Below, piece by piece: positions 28,119 to 37,523 of a stretch of DNA of 64,000 bases. How positions within the stretch are numbered: position 1 is the first letter of the stretch; each line of letters begins with the position of its first letter. A program made the translations under genes and the position numbers. Origin of the DNA: Hadesarchaea archaeon. GTDB taxonomy: Archaea > Hadarchaeota > Hadarchaeia > Hadarchaeales > WYZ-LMO6. Location: assembly GCA_029259185.1 (NCBI GenBank), contig JAPDJF010000001.1, positions 9,156 to 73,155 of the forward strand. Direction: 5' to 3'. The notes beneath the pieces were generated by a model. That model did no database searches and was not told the DNA's origin. It saw only the letters and a list, made by a program, of their open reading frames with translations.

Positions 28119-28724
28119 GTGTCCTTGGGGCACGTTAAGTTCTGGGGCATCAAACCGGAAATAAGAGTACTGGGCCTCGACGACGGTTCTTTTAAACCTA
28201 GGGTCAGAGGTAAAGCTTTGGTCATCGGTGTGGTTCTTCGAAGTGGGCGCATGCTCGAGGGAGTGATGAGCACAAGTGTCGAGATAGATGGTACAGATGC
28301 TACTGGGAAGGTGATTGAAATGGTCAATCGGAGTAGACACAAGCCTCAACTGAGGGTCATCATGAGCGAGGGAATAACGCTTGCCGGATTCAACGTCTTG
28401 GATTTGGGAGAGATATTCAGACAGACGGGGTTGCCCATGATCGTAGTGACACGCAAGAAACCCAACATGTTGGAGGTAAAAAAAGCCTTAAAGCACCTCC
28501 CCTGCTGGCGCGAGCGATGGAGGATGATGAAAGCGGCTGGAAAGGTATACCCCGTGAGTTTCAGGGGAAGAAAGATCTACATGCAGTTGGCCGGCATACG
28601 GAGGGAGGATGCTGAAAAGATTTTAACCATCACGACCACGCACGGGGTGATGCCTGAACCTCTCCGGGTTGCTCACCTCATCGCCACTGGCATGACGAGG
28701 GGGGAAAGTGTAGGGAGGGTCTGA
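28119..28724 (+). CDS. DUF99/UPF0215 family protein (archaeal EndoV-like fold)
   Basis: GIKPEIRVLGLDDGSF... matches the UPF0215 N-terminal signature. Confidence 0.55.
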   Translation: MSLGHVKFWGIKPEIRVLGLDDGSFKPRVRGKALVIGVVLRSGRMLEGVMSTSVEIDGTDATGKVIEMVNRSRHKPQLRVIMSEGITLAGFNVLDLGEIFRQTGLPMIVVTRKKPNMLEVKKALKHLPCWRERWRMMKAAGKVYPVSFRGRKIYMQLAGIRREDAEKILTITTTHGVMPEPLRVAHLIATGMTRGESVGRV

Positions 28725-28725
28725 G

Positions 28726-29277
28726 ATGGGGGGGCGGAAAGGGATCAAGAGAGTTTTCATCCCACTTGTGAAGAACGATTTTATCTATGAGGTACTTTCC
28801 TTCTTTCTTTGCATCGGTATCTTGTACTTTTCCCATCAGGGAATCCTGATGTTGGCCCTGGACTGCGATACCCCCCTCATGCCTGTCATCTCGAATAGCA
28901 TGCAACACCACAGCGAGAGCTGGAAAGTACCATACGAGCAGATGGGTTATGACCCCTCCCAGTTTCCGTTTCAGGGGGGATTCGAGAGGGGCGATCTTCT
29001 TGTGATAAAGGGTGTAGATTCACCTAGTGAGATATCGGTCGGAGATGTGGTGGTATACCAGCGAGTGCCGGGTACGATACCGGTGGTGCATAGGGTGCTA
29101 TCGAAGTCAGAAGACGGACAGATCATCGTCCTGAAAGGGGATGCGAATTCGAGTCCGGATCCGAGCATATCTTTCGAGATGGTTAGGGGAAAGGTGATAT
29201 TGGCAATCCCTAACCTCGGTTGGTTCTCTATATCAGTTTGGAAGTACAGATGGCTTTGCACAAAAATTAGCCCCTGA
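28726..29277 (+). CDS. Signal peptidase I, archaeal Sec11-type
   Basis: N-terminal TM segment. Catalytic Ser box VISNSMQH. The GDLLVIKG and KGDANSSPD boxes are present. Confidence 0.7.
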   Translation: MGGRKGIKRVFIPLVKNDFIYEVLSFFLCIGILYFSHQGILMLALDCDTPLMPVISNSMQHHSESWKVPYEQMGYDPSQFPFQGGFERGDLLVIKGVDSPSEISVGDVVVYQRVPGTIPVVHRVLSKSEDGQIIVLKGDANSSPDPSISFEMVRGKVILAIPNLGWFSISVWKYRWLCTKISP

Positions 29278-30406
29278 GGCCAATTTCCGTGCTTGGGGGC
29301 TCGGAGTCCCCCTCAAGGGCCGAAAGCCCTACGGCCCCGTCCCTGAGCCAGTGGCCCAGGAACCTCTCTCCAATGTTTATGGCTCCGTTGAGGTCGGCGT
29401 TGTACTCGAGGCCACACGAGGGACATTTGAAGAAGCCTTGAGAGACCCTTCGTCCTTCGTTTCCGCAGCGGTGGCACGTTCGGCTGGTGTACGCCTCGCC
29501 GGCGTGCACCACGGGGATCCCCTCCCAGAGAGCCTTGTACTCGATGTACCTTGACAGCCGGTGGTGGGGCATCGAGTGCACGATGCGCCTGAACCTCCGC
29601 CCCTTTGCCCGCTTGCGGATTCCCTTCAGATCTCCTATCACGATAACCGAGTTCCGCTCCTTAGCTTCGCTGACGATAGCCCTTGAGATCTTGTGGCACA
29701 GGTCGTCTATTCGCCGGCGCTCCGTTCTGCCTATCCGCTTGATCACCCGCAGTAGCTTGCGCTCGCCGAGTCGCTTTCGGAGCCAAGCGTAGTGGCGCCT
29801 TATCCCCCTTGCTTCCTTCCCGTAGAGCTTGGGGGAGGTGATGTTGGCCTCCTTCTGCAGCGCCACAGACGCCGCGAGAAAGCGCTCCCCCAAGTCCACT
29901 GCGAGGACGCCGGAGGGACGCATCGGCTTGACCCTACGCTTGACCGTGAGGTGGAGGAAGAACCTCCCGTTGCGGTGGACGAGCTGTGAGTCGGAGATCT
30001 CAACCCTACCCGAGGAGAGAAGCTCCTCGTGGGAGCGCCACATCCGCAGCGGGCACCAGATGCGCCCGCCGGGGGTTGAAACGGATACGAAAAACCTGGC
30101 GAACCTGTTTCCGGTGTCGGTGAGCTTGAATGAGTCCTTATCGATGAGGATGGGAGCCTTCCGCCTGTCCCCGGCCTTCCAAGCTAAAGCACGGCAGTAG
30201 TAGGAGGGCAACCTCGTTTGCTCTCTCAGAGTCCGGTAGTCCCTCTCAAGGGCCTGGGCGCGATCCCACTCGGCTTGGAGGTCCTCCAGAAGCTTGCGCT
30301 TGAACCGGGTGAGGCCGTAGAGTTCAGCCCTTATCGTCTTGGAGACCAACATCGAACGTGGTCTGTCGGAACCATTTTAAGTTTTCCGGTATTTTTGTGC
30401 AAAGCG
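29252..30406 (-). mobile_element. TnpB-only transposon, 1155 bp, with 15-bp perfect TIRs (GCTTTGCACAAAAAT) and a 9-bp TSD (AGTACAGAT)
   Basis: AGTACAGAT occurs at 29243-29251 and at 30407-30415, directly abutting the inverted termini GGCTTTGCACAAAAAT ... ATTTTTGTGCAAAGCG. The element encodes a single full-length TnpB. Confidence 0.75.
29267..30352 (-). CDS. tnpB: TnpB (OrfB) RuvC-like RNA-guided endonuclease family protein, apparently intact
   Basis: Length 361 aa. RuvC-I VLAVDLGE. Zinc finger CHRCGNEG...CPSCG. RuvC-III YNADLNGAINIG. Confidence 0.85.
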   Translation of the reverse strand: MLVSKTIRAELYGLTRFKRKLLEDLQAEWDRAQALERDYRTLREQTRLPSYYCRALAWKAGDRRKAPILIDKDSFKLTDTGNRFARFFVSVSTPGGRIWCPLRMWRSHEELLSSGRVEISDSQLVHRNGRFFLHLTVKRRVKPMRPSGVLAVDLGERFLAASVALQKEANITSPKLYGKEARGIRRHYAWLRKRLGERKLLRVIKRIGRTERRRIDDLCHKISRAIVSEAKERNSVIVIGDLKGIRKRAKGRRFRRIVHSMPHHRLSRYIEYKALWEGIPVVHAGEAYTSRTCHRCGNEGRRVSQGFFKCPSCGLEYNADLNGAINIGERFLGHWLRDGAVGLSALEGDSEPPSTEIGLRG

Positions 30407-30464
30407 AGTACAGATGAAAGATTTATTGGTACCCAAGTGAGTAGATTTAGCTTGGAGGCAGGCG

Positions 30465-30785
30465 ATGAGGTTCTGCAAGAAATGTGGTGGTCTGATGGTT
30501 CCCAAGAAGAGTGGGGGAAAGAACGTATTGCTTTGTGAGATGTGTGGAGAGACGGAGGAGGCCGATAGCTCCGGCTACACGTTGGTTCGAAAAGTTGAGG
30601 AAAAAGCGGAAGTGGTGGTGATTGAGAATGAGCCTTCTACCTTGCCGACCACACGCGCCAAGTGTACTAAATGTGGGAATGACAAAGCGTATTGGTGGAT
30701 GAGACAGACGAGGAGTGCGGACGAGCCCTCTACTCGATTCTACAGGTGTACCAAGTGCGGGAATACATGGAGGGAATACGCATAG
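30465..30785 (+). CDS. tfs: Transcription factor S (TFS) / RNAP subunit M
   Basis: N-terminal ribbon MRFCKKCGGLMVP...CEMCG. C-terminal TFIIS-type ribbon CTKCGNDKAYWWMRQTRSADEPSTRFYRCTKCGNTW. Confidence 0.8.
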   Translation: MRFCKKCGGLMVPKKSGGKNVLLCEMCGETEEADSSGYTLVRKVEEKAEVVVIENEPSTLPTTRAKCTKCGNDKAYWWMRQTRSADEPSTRFYRCTKCGNTWREYA

Positions 30786-31160
30786 GTGGTTCAGGTGGAT
30801 GAGTTTCAGCCCCGAAGGAAAGTGGCCAAACCGAGACGAATTTCGGAAATAAGGGTGGGGGAGGAGTTCGTGAGGGTCACCGGGTGTGTCGCCTACAAGA
30901 AGAACAGCGAGATAGTCCTAGATGACGGATCCGGGATGCTCACGGTTTTTTCAGACGATTCTGGGATGTTCCGCGATGTCGATATAGGCTCGAAGATAAG
31001 GGTTTTCGGCACGCCGTTAATAACGGAGGGTGGGCAAGAGCTTAAGGCGGAGATAGTTCAAAAGGTGGACGGGCTGGATCTCCAGCTCCTCGAAAAAGTT
31101 ATGGAGGAAGTAAAAAAATTCGAGTCAGAAGTGAAGGGGGAAGAGAGTGTTCAGAGCTAG
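30786..31160 (+). CDS. OB-fold nucleic-acid-binding protein, possibly a small RPA-like ssDNA-binding subunit
   Basis: Length 124 aa. VRVTGCVAYKKNSEIVLDDGSGMLTVF...IRVFG resembles the PF01336-type OB barrel. It lies between tfs and pcna. Confidence 0.35.
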   Translation: MVQVDEFQPRRKVAKPRRISEIRVGEEFVRVTGCVAYKKNSEIVLDDGSGMLTVFSDDSGMFRDVDIGSKIRVFGTPLITEGGQELKAEIVQKVDGLDLQLLEKVMEEVKKFESEVKGEESVQS

Positions 31161-31902
31161 AATGTCGGATACGAGGGTTTGGAAAACTTGCGTCGGAGCG
31201 ATAGTGAATCTGATCGAGGAAGCGGCTTTTAAATTCACGGGGGAAGGGGTCAGGATGAGAGCTATGGACCCCTCCCATGTCGCTTTGGTGGATTTCGACC
31301 TTCCCGCAAAGGCATTCGATGAGTACGAGGTTTCAAAGCCTGTGGTTCTGGGTATCGTGCTGGTCGAACTTAACAAGATAATGTCTAGGGCGAAGAGTGA
31401 GGATTCCCTGATATTGGAATTTGAGGAGGAGAAAAACCGTCTATCACTCGTCTTCAAAGGTAGATCCAGCAGGAGATTCAATCTTCCTCTCGTCGACATA
31501 AAAGAGAGCGAGCTTCCCGAGCCCAAACTCCAGTTCGGTGCCACCGTCCGGGTTCTAGGCGAGATAATTCAGGATGGACTCCGCGATGCCGAGGTGGTTG
31601 GGGATACCGTACGCTTCGAGGCTAACGAATCTGGATTCTTCATGTACTCGGAGGGGGACGGAAGATCGGTTGAACTCAAACTCGAAAAGGGTAGTGAAGC
31701 ACTGGCGAAGTTGGAGGTGCGACAACCATCGAGAGCGATGTTCAACGTGAAGTATCTTTCTGACATGCTTAAAGCCGCAGACATGAAGGATTTCATAACG
31801 ATAAATCTGGGAACGGATCTCCCAATAAAACTCGATTTCCCAATAGCGGGTGGGGAAGGGAGGCTCAGCTTCATCCTAGCTCCACGGATCGAGTCAGAGT
31901 GA
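31147..31902 (+). CDS. pcn: PCNA sliding clamp. The start may be the Met at 31162
   Basis: IEEAAFKFTGEGVRMRAMDPSHVALVDFDLP...LAPRIE aligns closely with the Pyrococcus PCNA pattern. Confidence 0.85.
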   Translation: MFRARMSDTRVWKTCVGAIVNLIEEAAFKFTGEGVRMRAMDPSHVALVDFDLPAKAFDEYEVSKPVVLGIVLVELNKIMSRAKSEDSLILEFEEEKNRLSLVFKGRSSRRFNLPLVDIKESELPEPKLQFGATVRVLGEIIQDGLRDAEVVGDTVRFEANESGFFMYSEGDGRSVELKLEKGSEALAKLEVRQPSRAMFNVKYLSDMLKAADMKDFITINLGTDLPIKLDFPIAGGEGRLSFILAPRIESE

Positions 31903-33167
31903 CCCGAGAGCCATATATGTTTCCCCTTCCAGAGTATCCAGCTGTTTTAGATCTCTTTTCCCAAGAAGCAAAGGAGATCGTCCGAACCTCTCCACCGCTC
32001 GGCTCCTTGCCCCAAGAGGTAAGCGAGAGAGCCGTGAAGAGGGTGATGTGGAAAACGGGTGGGGAGATGATGGTGGGGTTCAAATCCTCCGAAGTCAGAA
32101 TGGATGTGCTCTCTTTCTATCTGATGTGTCAAGGAGTAGCGGCAGTCTCGTATCCCTATTCTAGAGAGGTCAGGCTGGTGAGTGAAAAGACTGCGGAGAC
32201 GATCCGATATAGGATGTATTATCTGTTTTCCCACGGTTATGGGGAGCAGTGCTTGGGGGTTGTTCGGAGGTACTTCAGGATTTCAAGACTTGAAAATCGC
32301 AGGGTTGCGGGTGAGGAAATCCCAAAGGAGGATCTCTTCAAACTGAGAAACGCGTGTTTGGCTCGTGCAGGTATCCAAGTTCCATCGGATCGGATCCCCC
32401 CCCAGTACGTGCCCGAGTACACCTTACCTTGGGTCGACCTCGCCCCCTTGCTGAGGCAGGGGCGGATACAGCTTACAGATCTTTATGTGGTGAGAGGGAG
32501 CGTTGTAATAACTCCCTACGAGCTTTGGGACATGTTCGCGTGGATGATGAGTATGAAGTGCGAAGAGTACATAGCTGCTCTCTATGAACGCTTCACGGAG
32601 ACGGGTCCTCCTCCCGAAGTGATCGGTAAAGTAGGTGAGCGCATATCCTCCCTCTTCCCCCCCGAACTTGAGGTAGTGGAGAGAGGGGGCAGGTTTCCGA
32701 GGGGGAAGCTCCGTCCGGAGTTCTTCCCCCCATGTGTCAAACGTGCACTTGCTGGGGTGGGTTCTGGGGCTAGGAATTACGCGATAACGGTTCTTTTGAC
32801 TTCTTTTCTTTCCTACGCCCGTATTTCTCCCTCCGGAAAAGCTGCGATGAGGATAAAGGACTTTGTGGATAACCTCTCCGTGTTACAGGAGGAGGTCATC
32901 CCTCTCATATTCGAAGCCGCTGAGCGATGCAATCCCCCCCTTTTCAGGGATCAGCCCCAAGAACGCGCCAATGTGTATTACCATCTCGGGTTTGGAATGA
33001 CCACCGAACCAAGACTTGAGGATTCGGGGAGGAGTCGCTGGTATAAAACCCCCAATTGCCGGAAAATAGCTTCTTCTGCACCACTCCTCTGCACCCCTGA
33101 TGAGACATGTAAGGAAGTGAAGAACCCTCTCACCTATTACTATAAGCGTTTAGCGAGAAAGAGTTGA
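31899..33167 (+). CDS. priL: DNA primase large subunit PriL
   Basis: Length 422 aa. C-terminal Fe-S domain cysteines: FPPCVKR, ERCNPP, TPNCRK and CTPDETC. Confidence 0.75.
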   Translation: MTREPYMFPLPEYPAVLDLFSQEAKEIVRTSPPLGSLPQEVSERAVKRVMWKTGGEMMVGFKSSEVRMDVLSFYLMCQGVAAVSYPYSREVRLVSEKTAETIRYRMYYLFSHGYGEQCLGVVRRYFRISRLENRRVAGEEIPKEDLFKLRNACLARAGIQVPSDRIPPQYVPEYTLPWVDLAPLLRQGRIQLTDLYVVRGSVVITPYELWDMFAWMMSMKCEEYIAALYERFTETGPPPEVIGKVGERISSLFPPELEVVERGGRFPRGKLRPEFFPPCVKRALAGVGSGARNYAITVLLTSFLSYARISPSGKAAMRIKDFVDNLSVLQEEVIPLIFEAAERCNPPLFRDQPQERANVYYHLGFGMTTEPRLEDSGRSRWYKTPNCRKIASSAPLLCTPDETCKEVKNPLTYYYKRLARKS

Positions 33168-33174
33168 AAAATGG

Positions 33175-34119
33175 ATGTTGGAGCTACGGAAAGCAACACC
33201 GGAGGAAAGGAAAATATTCTATGCGGAGGAGTGGGACAAGCGTGAGATCCCTGATTTTATCCTTCACACCCTTTCCCTCCGGGAGTTCGGCTTCGACCCG
33301 GATGGTAGCGGGCCCAATCAGAGATACAAGCAGTTCACCACTCCCGAACAGCTCGCGGATTATCTGAGGAGGACGGCTCCCTATTCGGTCTTCTCGAGTG
33401 TTGCCCTCTACGAAGATCCCTCCCAACGGAGGGGTTGGCTGAAAGCTGAACTCGCTTTCGACATAGATGCGAAGGATCTGCCGATAAAGCCATGCTCTTG
33501 TACGGGGGGAAAGGTATGTGAACGATGTTTGGACGAGGCTAAGAGGGTGCTGATGCTCATCTCCGATGTGTTGTCTTCCAACCTGGGCTTGCGCGATCAG
33601 CATTTCTCTTACTCCGGGAGGGGATTCCACCTGCGTGTTCTCGACGAGCCAGTCATGCGCATGGAACAAAACGAGAGAACCCAGTTGGTCGCCTATGTTA
33701 CCGGGGGAGTGATACCGAGCGATATAACCCTAGCGTTGGGGTACTCGAAAGTTTTCAGGGAGTTCGCCGCGCGGACTTTTGAGCGTTTGGATAGGGAGAA
33801 ACTCGGGGAGGTTCTTACCCAAAGGGCAGTGAGGAAGTTGATCGAAAAGAAGGACGAGGTCTTGGGGGCCATACGCAATGGGAGGATCGAGGAGATAAAA
33901 AACCTAGGGGGAAGGAAAAGCGTGGAGCAATTGCTTGGATTCTTAGCTAGACTCAACTCCGAGTTCGTGGACGGAAAGGTTACGGTAGACGTTAAACGAA
34001 TCCTCCGTCTTCCTTCGAGTCTTCATTCGGGGGTGAGCATGAAGTGCATCTCTATCCGGAACATAGAGAAGTTTTCTCTGGATGAGGCGGTCCCCAAGTT
34101 CGTGTCCGAGAGGCGATGA
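33175..34119 (+). CDS. priS: DNA primase small (catalytic) subunit PriS
   Basis: Catalytic motif ELAFDIDAKD. SGRGFHLRV motif. Zinc knuckle CSCTGGKVCERC. Confidence 0.85.
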   Translation: MLELRKATPEERKIFYAEEWDKREIPDFILHTLSLREFGFDPDGSGPNQRYKQFTTPEQLADYLRRTAPYSVFSSVALYEDPSQRRGWLKAELAFDIDAKDLPIKPCSCTGGKVCERCLDEAKRVLMLISDVLSSNLGLRDQHFSYSGRGFHLRVLDEPVMRMEQNERTQLVAYVTGGVIPSDITLALGYSKVFREFAARTFERLDREKLGEVLTQRAVRKLIEKKDEVLGAIRNGRIEEIKNLGGRKSVEQLLGFLARLNSEFVDGKVTVDVKRILRLPSSLHSGVSMKCISIRNIEKFSLDEAVPKFVSERR

Positions 34120-34673
34120 GGGTGGATGACTTTTCGTTTCAGGATCTCGAGCGGGTTTGGATATCGGAGAGGACTTCAAGCAAGCTCTCAGAGCTTCCTA
34201 AGGAGTTTTATGCACGAGTGGCCGGTTGCATCTCCCAGTTGATCAAAGAGTTGGATCTGAGCGAGGGATTGCGGAGGGAACTCCTCCAAGAAGAGCTGAT
34301 TGAAATCACGAAGATGGTTAGCGAGATTTACTCAGTCCGTATGCTCAAGGCGATGGGTGAGATGTTGAGGGGAAGGGAGGTATTCTCCCTAGATGAACGT
34401 GAGCTCGCGGCTTTCAAGGAGATGAAAAAAATTCTTGAGAAGGCGCACGAGCTCATGGAGTGGCCAGGCGAGGTGGATCTCTCCCCTCCCCAGCTGGCGA
34501 ACGAATTGTTGCTGTTGCGTGGGGAAGTCCCTCGTATAGTGGGCGAGGACCTGAAGTATTACGGGCCCTTCAGTCCAGGGGATATCGTTAGTCTACCGAG
34601 ATCCACGGCGGAACTCCTGGTAAAACACAGACTTGCCGAGAAAATCCGAGCCAAATGGTATTTTTTTGGGTAG
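34116..34673 (+). CDS. GINS subunit Gins51 (Gins15)
   Basis: Length 185 aa. Helical A-domain followed by a C-terminal B-domain, GDIVSLPRSTAELLVKHRLAEKI. It sits directly after priS, which is a conserved euryarchaeal and TACK arrangement. Confidence 0.5.
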   Translation: MRVDDFSFQDLERVWISERTSSKLSELPKEFYARVAGCISQLIKELDLSEGLRRELLQEELIEITKMVSEIYSVRMLKAMGEMLRGREVFSLDERELAAFKEMKKILEKAHELMEWPGEVDLSPPQLANELLLLRGEVPRIVGEDLKYYGPFSPGDIVSLPRSTAELLVKHRLAEKIRAKWYFFG

Positions 34674-34689
34674 AATGATAAGTAGTGAG

Positions 34690-34968
34690 ATGAAAATCCC
34701 AAAAAAGATTCGAACCTATTGCCCGTCGTGCAGGAAACACACTGAGCACACAATGACCCAGCTCAAAAAGAGATCCCCGAGGTCGCTGAGCTGGGGGCAG
34801 AGACAGTTTGCTCGCGTGATGAAGGGATACGGTGGACAACCCAGATCGGAGCAGAAGAGGTTTGCCAAGACAACAAAAAAGGTGGCCTTGGTGTTAAGGT
34901 GTAGCATATGTGGCAAGTCTCATCCGAAGGTCGGGTTCAGGGCCAAAAAAGTGGAAATGGTGGGGTGA
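34690..34968 (+). CDS. rpl44e: Ribosomal protein L44e
   Basis: MKIPKKIRTYCPSCRKHTEHTM... C-terminal CSICGKS. Confidence 0.8.
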   Translation: MKIPKKIRTYCPSCRKHTEHTMTQLKKRSPRSLSWGQRQFARVMKGYGGQPRSEQKRFAKTTKKVALVLRCSICGKSHPKVGFRAKKVEMVG

Positions 34969-35155
34969 CGTGCCCGGCAGGTTCTTGAGGATAGCTTGTG
35001 ATGGATGTGGTAACGAGCAGGTGGTCTACAGCCATTCCTCCACCTCAGTTAGGTGCTCGGTGTGTGGTAGGACTCTAGTGAAACCACGGGGCGGTAAGGC
35101 GGAGATATTCGGCACCATCAAGGAGGGTGATAGAAGTGGTGAGGTACAGGAGTGA
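34910..35155 (+). CDS. rps27e: Ribosomal protein S27e. The start is uncertain, and an internal GTG near 34971 is possible
   Basis: C4 ribbon FLRIACDGCGNEQVVYSHSSTSVRCSVCGRTL. Confidence 0.7.
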   Translation: MASLIRRSGSGPKKWKWWGDVPGRFLRIACDGCGNEQVVYSHSSTSVRCSVCGRTLVKPRGGKAEIFGTIKEGDRSGEVQE

Positions 35156-35942
35156 ATTCCCTTCTCCAGATGAGCTCGTGGTCTGTACGGTCTCAAAGGT
35201 TTTCTCTCAGGGTGCTTTCGTCAAGCTGGATGAATACGGTGGGAAAGAAGGGTTAATTCACATTTCTGAGGTGGCCTCTGGCTGGATAAAGAATATCCGG
35301 GAACACATAAGGGAAGGTCAAAAGGTTGTGTGCAAAGTTTTGGCCGTGGATGAACAGAAAGGTCATGTCGATTTGTCCCTCCGGAGGGTCAAAGAGAACG
35401 AGAAGCGTTGGAAAAGGGAGCAGTGGAGGAGGGAGCAAAGAGCGGAAAAACTACTTGAGCTAGCCGCTCGGAAGCTCAAGAAAACGTTGGACGAAGCATA
35501 CGAGGAGGTGGGGTTCGCGATCCAAGATAAATTCGGGGATTTGTATTCGGGGTTGGAAGCACTCGCGAGGGAGGGGAAGAAAGTGTTCGATGGGTTGAAT
35601 GTATCCAAACGTTGGGTTAACGCGCTAGCCCACGTTTCTTCTTCGTTGGCCGAGTTGCCGACTTTCAAAATATACGGATATTTGGAGCTTTACTCTCCAG
35701 CTCCGGACGGGGTGGAGAAGTTGAGATCCGCGATGATGAGGGCACGCGACTCAGTCTCGGATGGAGACGTAAAAGTCGAGATCTCCTATATGGGTTCCCC
35801 CAGGTATAGGGTGGAGGTGGCTGCTCCTTCCTACAAGGAGGCTGAGGCCGCAATGCAAAAGGTAGCGGAGTTGGTTATAAATTCATTGGAAGCTGATGGG
35901 GGAAGAGGGGAATTTCACGCTGAGAGGAAGGCGGGGAAGTGA
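35127..35942 (+). CDS. Translation initiation factor 2 alpha subunit (aIF2-alpha)
   Basis: N-terminal S1 domain ELVVCTVSKVFSQGAFVKLDEYGGKEGLIHISEVASGWIKNIREHIREGQKVVCKVL. Length 271 aa. Confidence 0.85.
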   Translation: MIEVVRYRSEFPSPDELVVCTVSKVFSQGAFVKLDEYGGKEGLIHISEVASGWIKNIREHIREGQKVVCKVLAVDEQKGHVDLSLRRVKENEKRWKREQWRREQRAEKLLELAARKLKKTLDEAYEEVGFAIQDKFGDLYSGLEALAREGKKVFDGLNVSKRWVNALAHVSSSLAELPTFKIYGYLELYSPAPDGVEKLRSAMMRARDSVSDGDVKVEISYMGSPRYRVEVAAPSYKEAEAAMQKVAELVINSLEADGGRGEFHAERKAGK

Positions 35943-36100
35943 AGCTCAGAAGATGCAAGCGTTGCGGAAGCTACACGCTGAAAGAGGCGTGTCCAAAATG
36001 CGGAGGGTCCACGACCTCACCCCACCCCCCAAGGTTCTCTCCTCTCGACCCATACGGAAGGTACAGAAGGAGATTGAAGAAGGAGGTGGAAGGAAAGTGA
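35939..36100 (+). CDS. nop10: H/ACA RNP protein Nop10 (53 aa, GTG start overlapping the aIF2-alpha stop as GTGA)
   Basis: The translation VKLRRCKRCGSYTLKEACPKCGGSTTSPHPPRFSPLDPYGRYRR matches the Nop10 consensus (zinc ribbon plus PPRFSP). It is not in the ORF track because it is under 60 aa. Confidence 0.75.
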   Translation: MKLRRCKRCGSYTLKEACPKCGGSTTSPHPPRFSPLDPYGRYRRRLKKEVEGK

Positions 36101-36858
36101 AGACGGAGATAAGATTTACTTCCGTTCCCAAGGTGAGGGGGCCTATAATGATCGAGGGATTGCCTGGAGTGGGCCACGTGGGAAAACTGGCAACCGAACA
36201 TCTAATCGAGGAGTTCGGTGCTCAGAAGTTCGCAGATCTCTACTCCCCCCACTTTCCCCATCACGTTATTGTGGAAAAAGACGGATCGGTAAGGTTGCCG
36301 CGGAACTCGTTTTATCTAGCCAAGGTTGGCGGAAAGGATCTCATCATAGTGGCGGGGGATGCGCAAGCGGTTTCATCTGAGGGGTATTATGAAATAGCGA
36401 ATAAGATCCTTGACTTGGCAGAGAGGTTTGGCGTGAAAAGACTTTTCGCTCTTGGGGGTTACGCTACCGGAAGGTACACGAGTGGGAAACCTAGAGTGGT
36501 GGTTTCAGCCACAGACCCTTCGCTGTTGAAAGAATGTGGGGATTTGGGAATAACCGGTGGGGAGGAGACAGGATCGATTGTGGGTACCACAGGACTTCTT
36601 CTCGGTTTAGGAAAAGTGCGGGGGATAGAGGGGATATGTCTGCTTGGTGAGACCCACGGGGCCCTTATAGATCACCGCTCTACTCAGTCGGTGCTGGAGG
36701 TGCTAGGCACTATCTTAGGTATAAAAATTAACACCGTCGTGCTCGAGGAGAGGGCGAGGGAGGTGGAGCGAATGCTTGCCAAGTTCAAAAGGGAGTTTGA
36801 GCGTAGAGAAGCGATAGAAAGACAGAAGGCGAAGGAGGAGCTCTGGTACATAGGGTGA
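36097..36858 (+). CDS. PAC2-family (proteasome assembly chaperone-like, COG1938) protein
   Basis: IMIEGLPGVGHVGKLA is the family N-terminal signature. It completes the conserved archaeal aIF2a-Nop10-PAC2 cluster. The start is approximate. Confidence 0.6.
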   Translation: MKTEIRFTSVPKVRGPIMIEGLPGVGHVGKLATEHLIEEFGAQKFADLYSPHFPHHVIVEKDGSVRLPRNSFYLAKVGGKDLIIVAGDAQAVSSEGYYEIANKILDLAERFGVKRLFALGGYATGRYTSGKPRVVVSATDPSLLKECGDLGITGGEETGSIVGTTGLLLGLGKVRGIEGICLLGETHGALIDHRSTQSVLEVLGTILGIKINTVVLEERAREVERMLAKFKREFERREAIERQKAKEELWYIG

Positions 36859-36862
36859 TGGA

Positions 36863-37396
36863 ATGCCGGCACTCACCCGGCTGACCATAGCTTTAGATAA
36901 AGAGACAGAGGAGATCTTGAGGAAGCTCACCAACGAGAGTGGAATGTCCTATAGTGCATTGATCAGGACCACCCTGAAATTCTTCTCTCAGTATGGGGAT
37001 CTGATGAAAGATCCGGAAAAAGTCAGGCTTTGGTTGAACCTCCTTACGAGCGGAGAACACCTGATACTTGACATAGACCACTGGGCACTATTTCTGAAAT
37101 ACATAGAGGAGTGTGGTAAAAAAGAAGAGTTCTATGAGGAATGCAAGAATGTAGCGAAATCTCATGCGGAGCAGCTCTTGAGGGTTACATCCACTCCAGC
37201 GGATTACCTCAAGAGGATTGAGGCTTGTAATTTTTATAGGCTTAGCAAGGAATCGGATAGCGAGTTCACTTTGGTTCTTAACTCGGAGGCTAGCAAGAGA
37301 TTCATTAGAGAACTTCTATCAGAGACGATGGAGGGAATGGGATACAAAATTGAGATCAAAGAAGACCTGATGAAGCTGAGGGTCAAGATTCTTTGA
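36863..37396 (+). CDS. Ribbon-helix-helix (CopG/Arc) domain protein with a C-terminal domain of unknown function
   Basis: N-terminus RLTIALDKETEEILRKLTNESGMSYSALIRTTL is RHH-like. The remaining roughly 120 aa are uncharacterised. Confidence 0.4.
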   Translation: MPALTRLTIALDKETEEILRKLTNESGMSYSALIRTTLKFFSQYGDLMKDPEKVRLWLNLLTSGEHLILDIDHWALFLKYIEECGKKEEFYEECKNVAKSHAEQLLRVTSTPADYLKRIEACNFYRLSKESDSEFTLVLNSEASKRFIRELLSETMEGMGYKIEIKEDLMKLRVKIL

Positions 37397-37523
37397 AGTG
37401 TCTAGAATCCTATTCGGTGGATGCGGGCATAGCCGGATGCGAGCATCACCAACTCCATGGGGACGAGTTCCGAAAACAACACCTTTTGCAAGGCACCGAT
37501 CCCCACTGGTGATGGGGTAGTGA

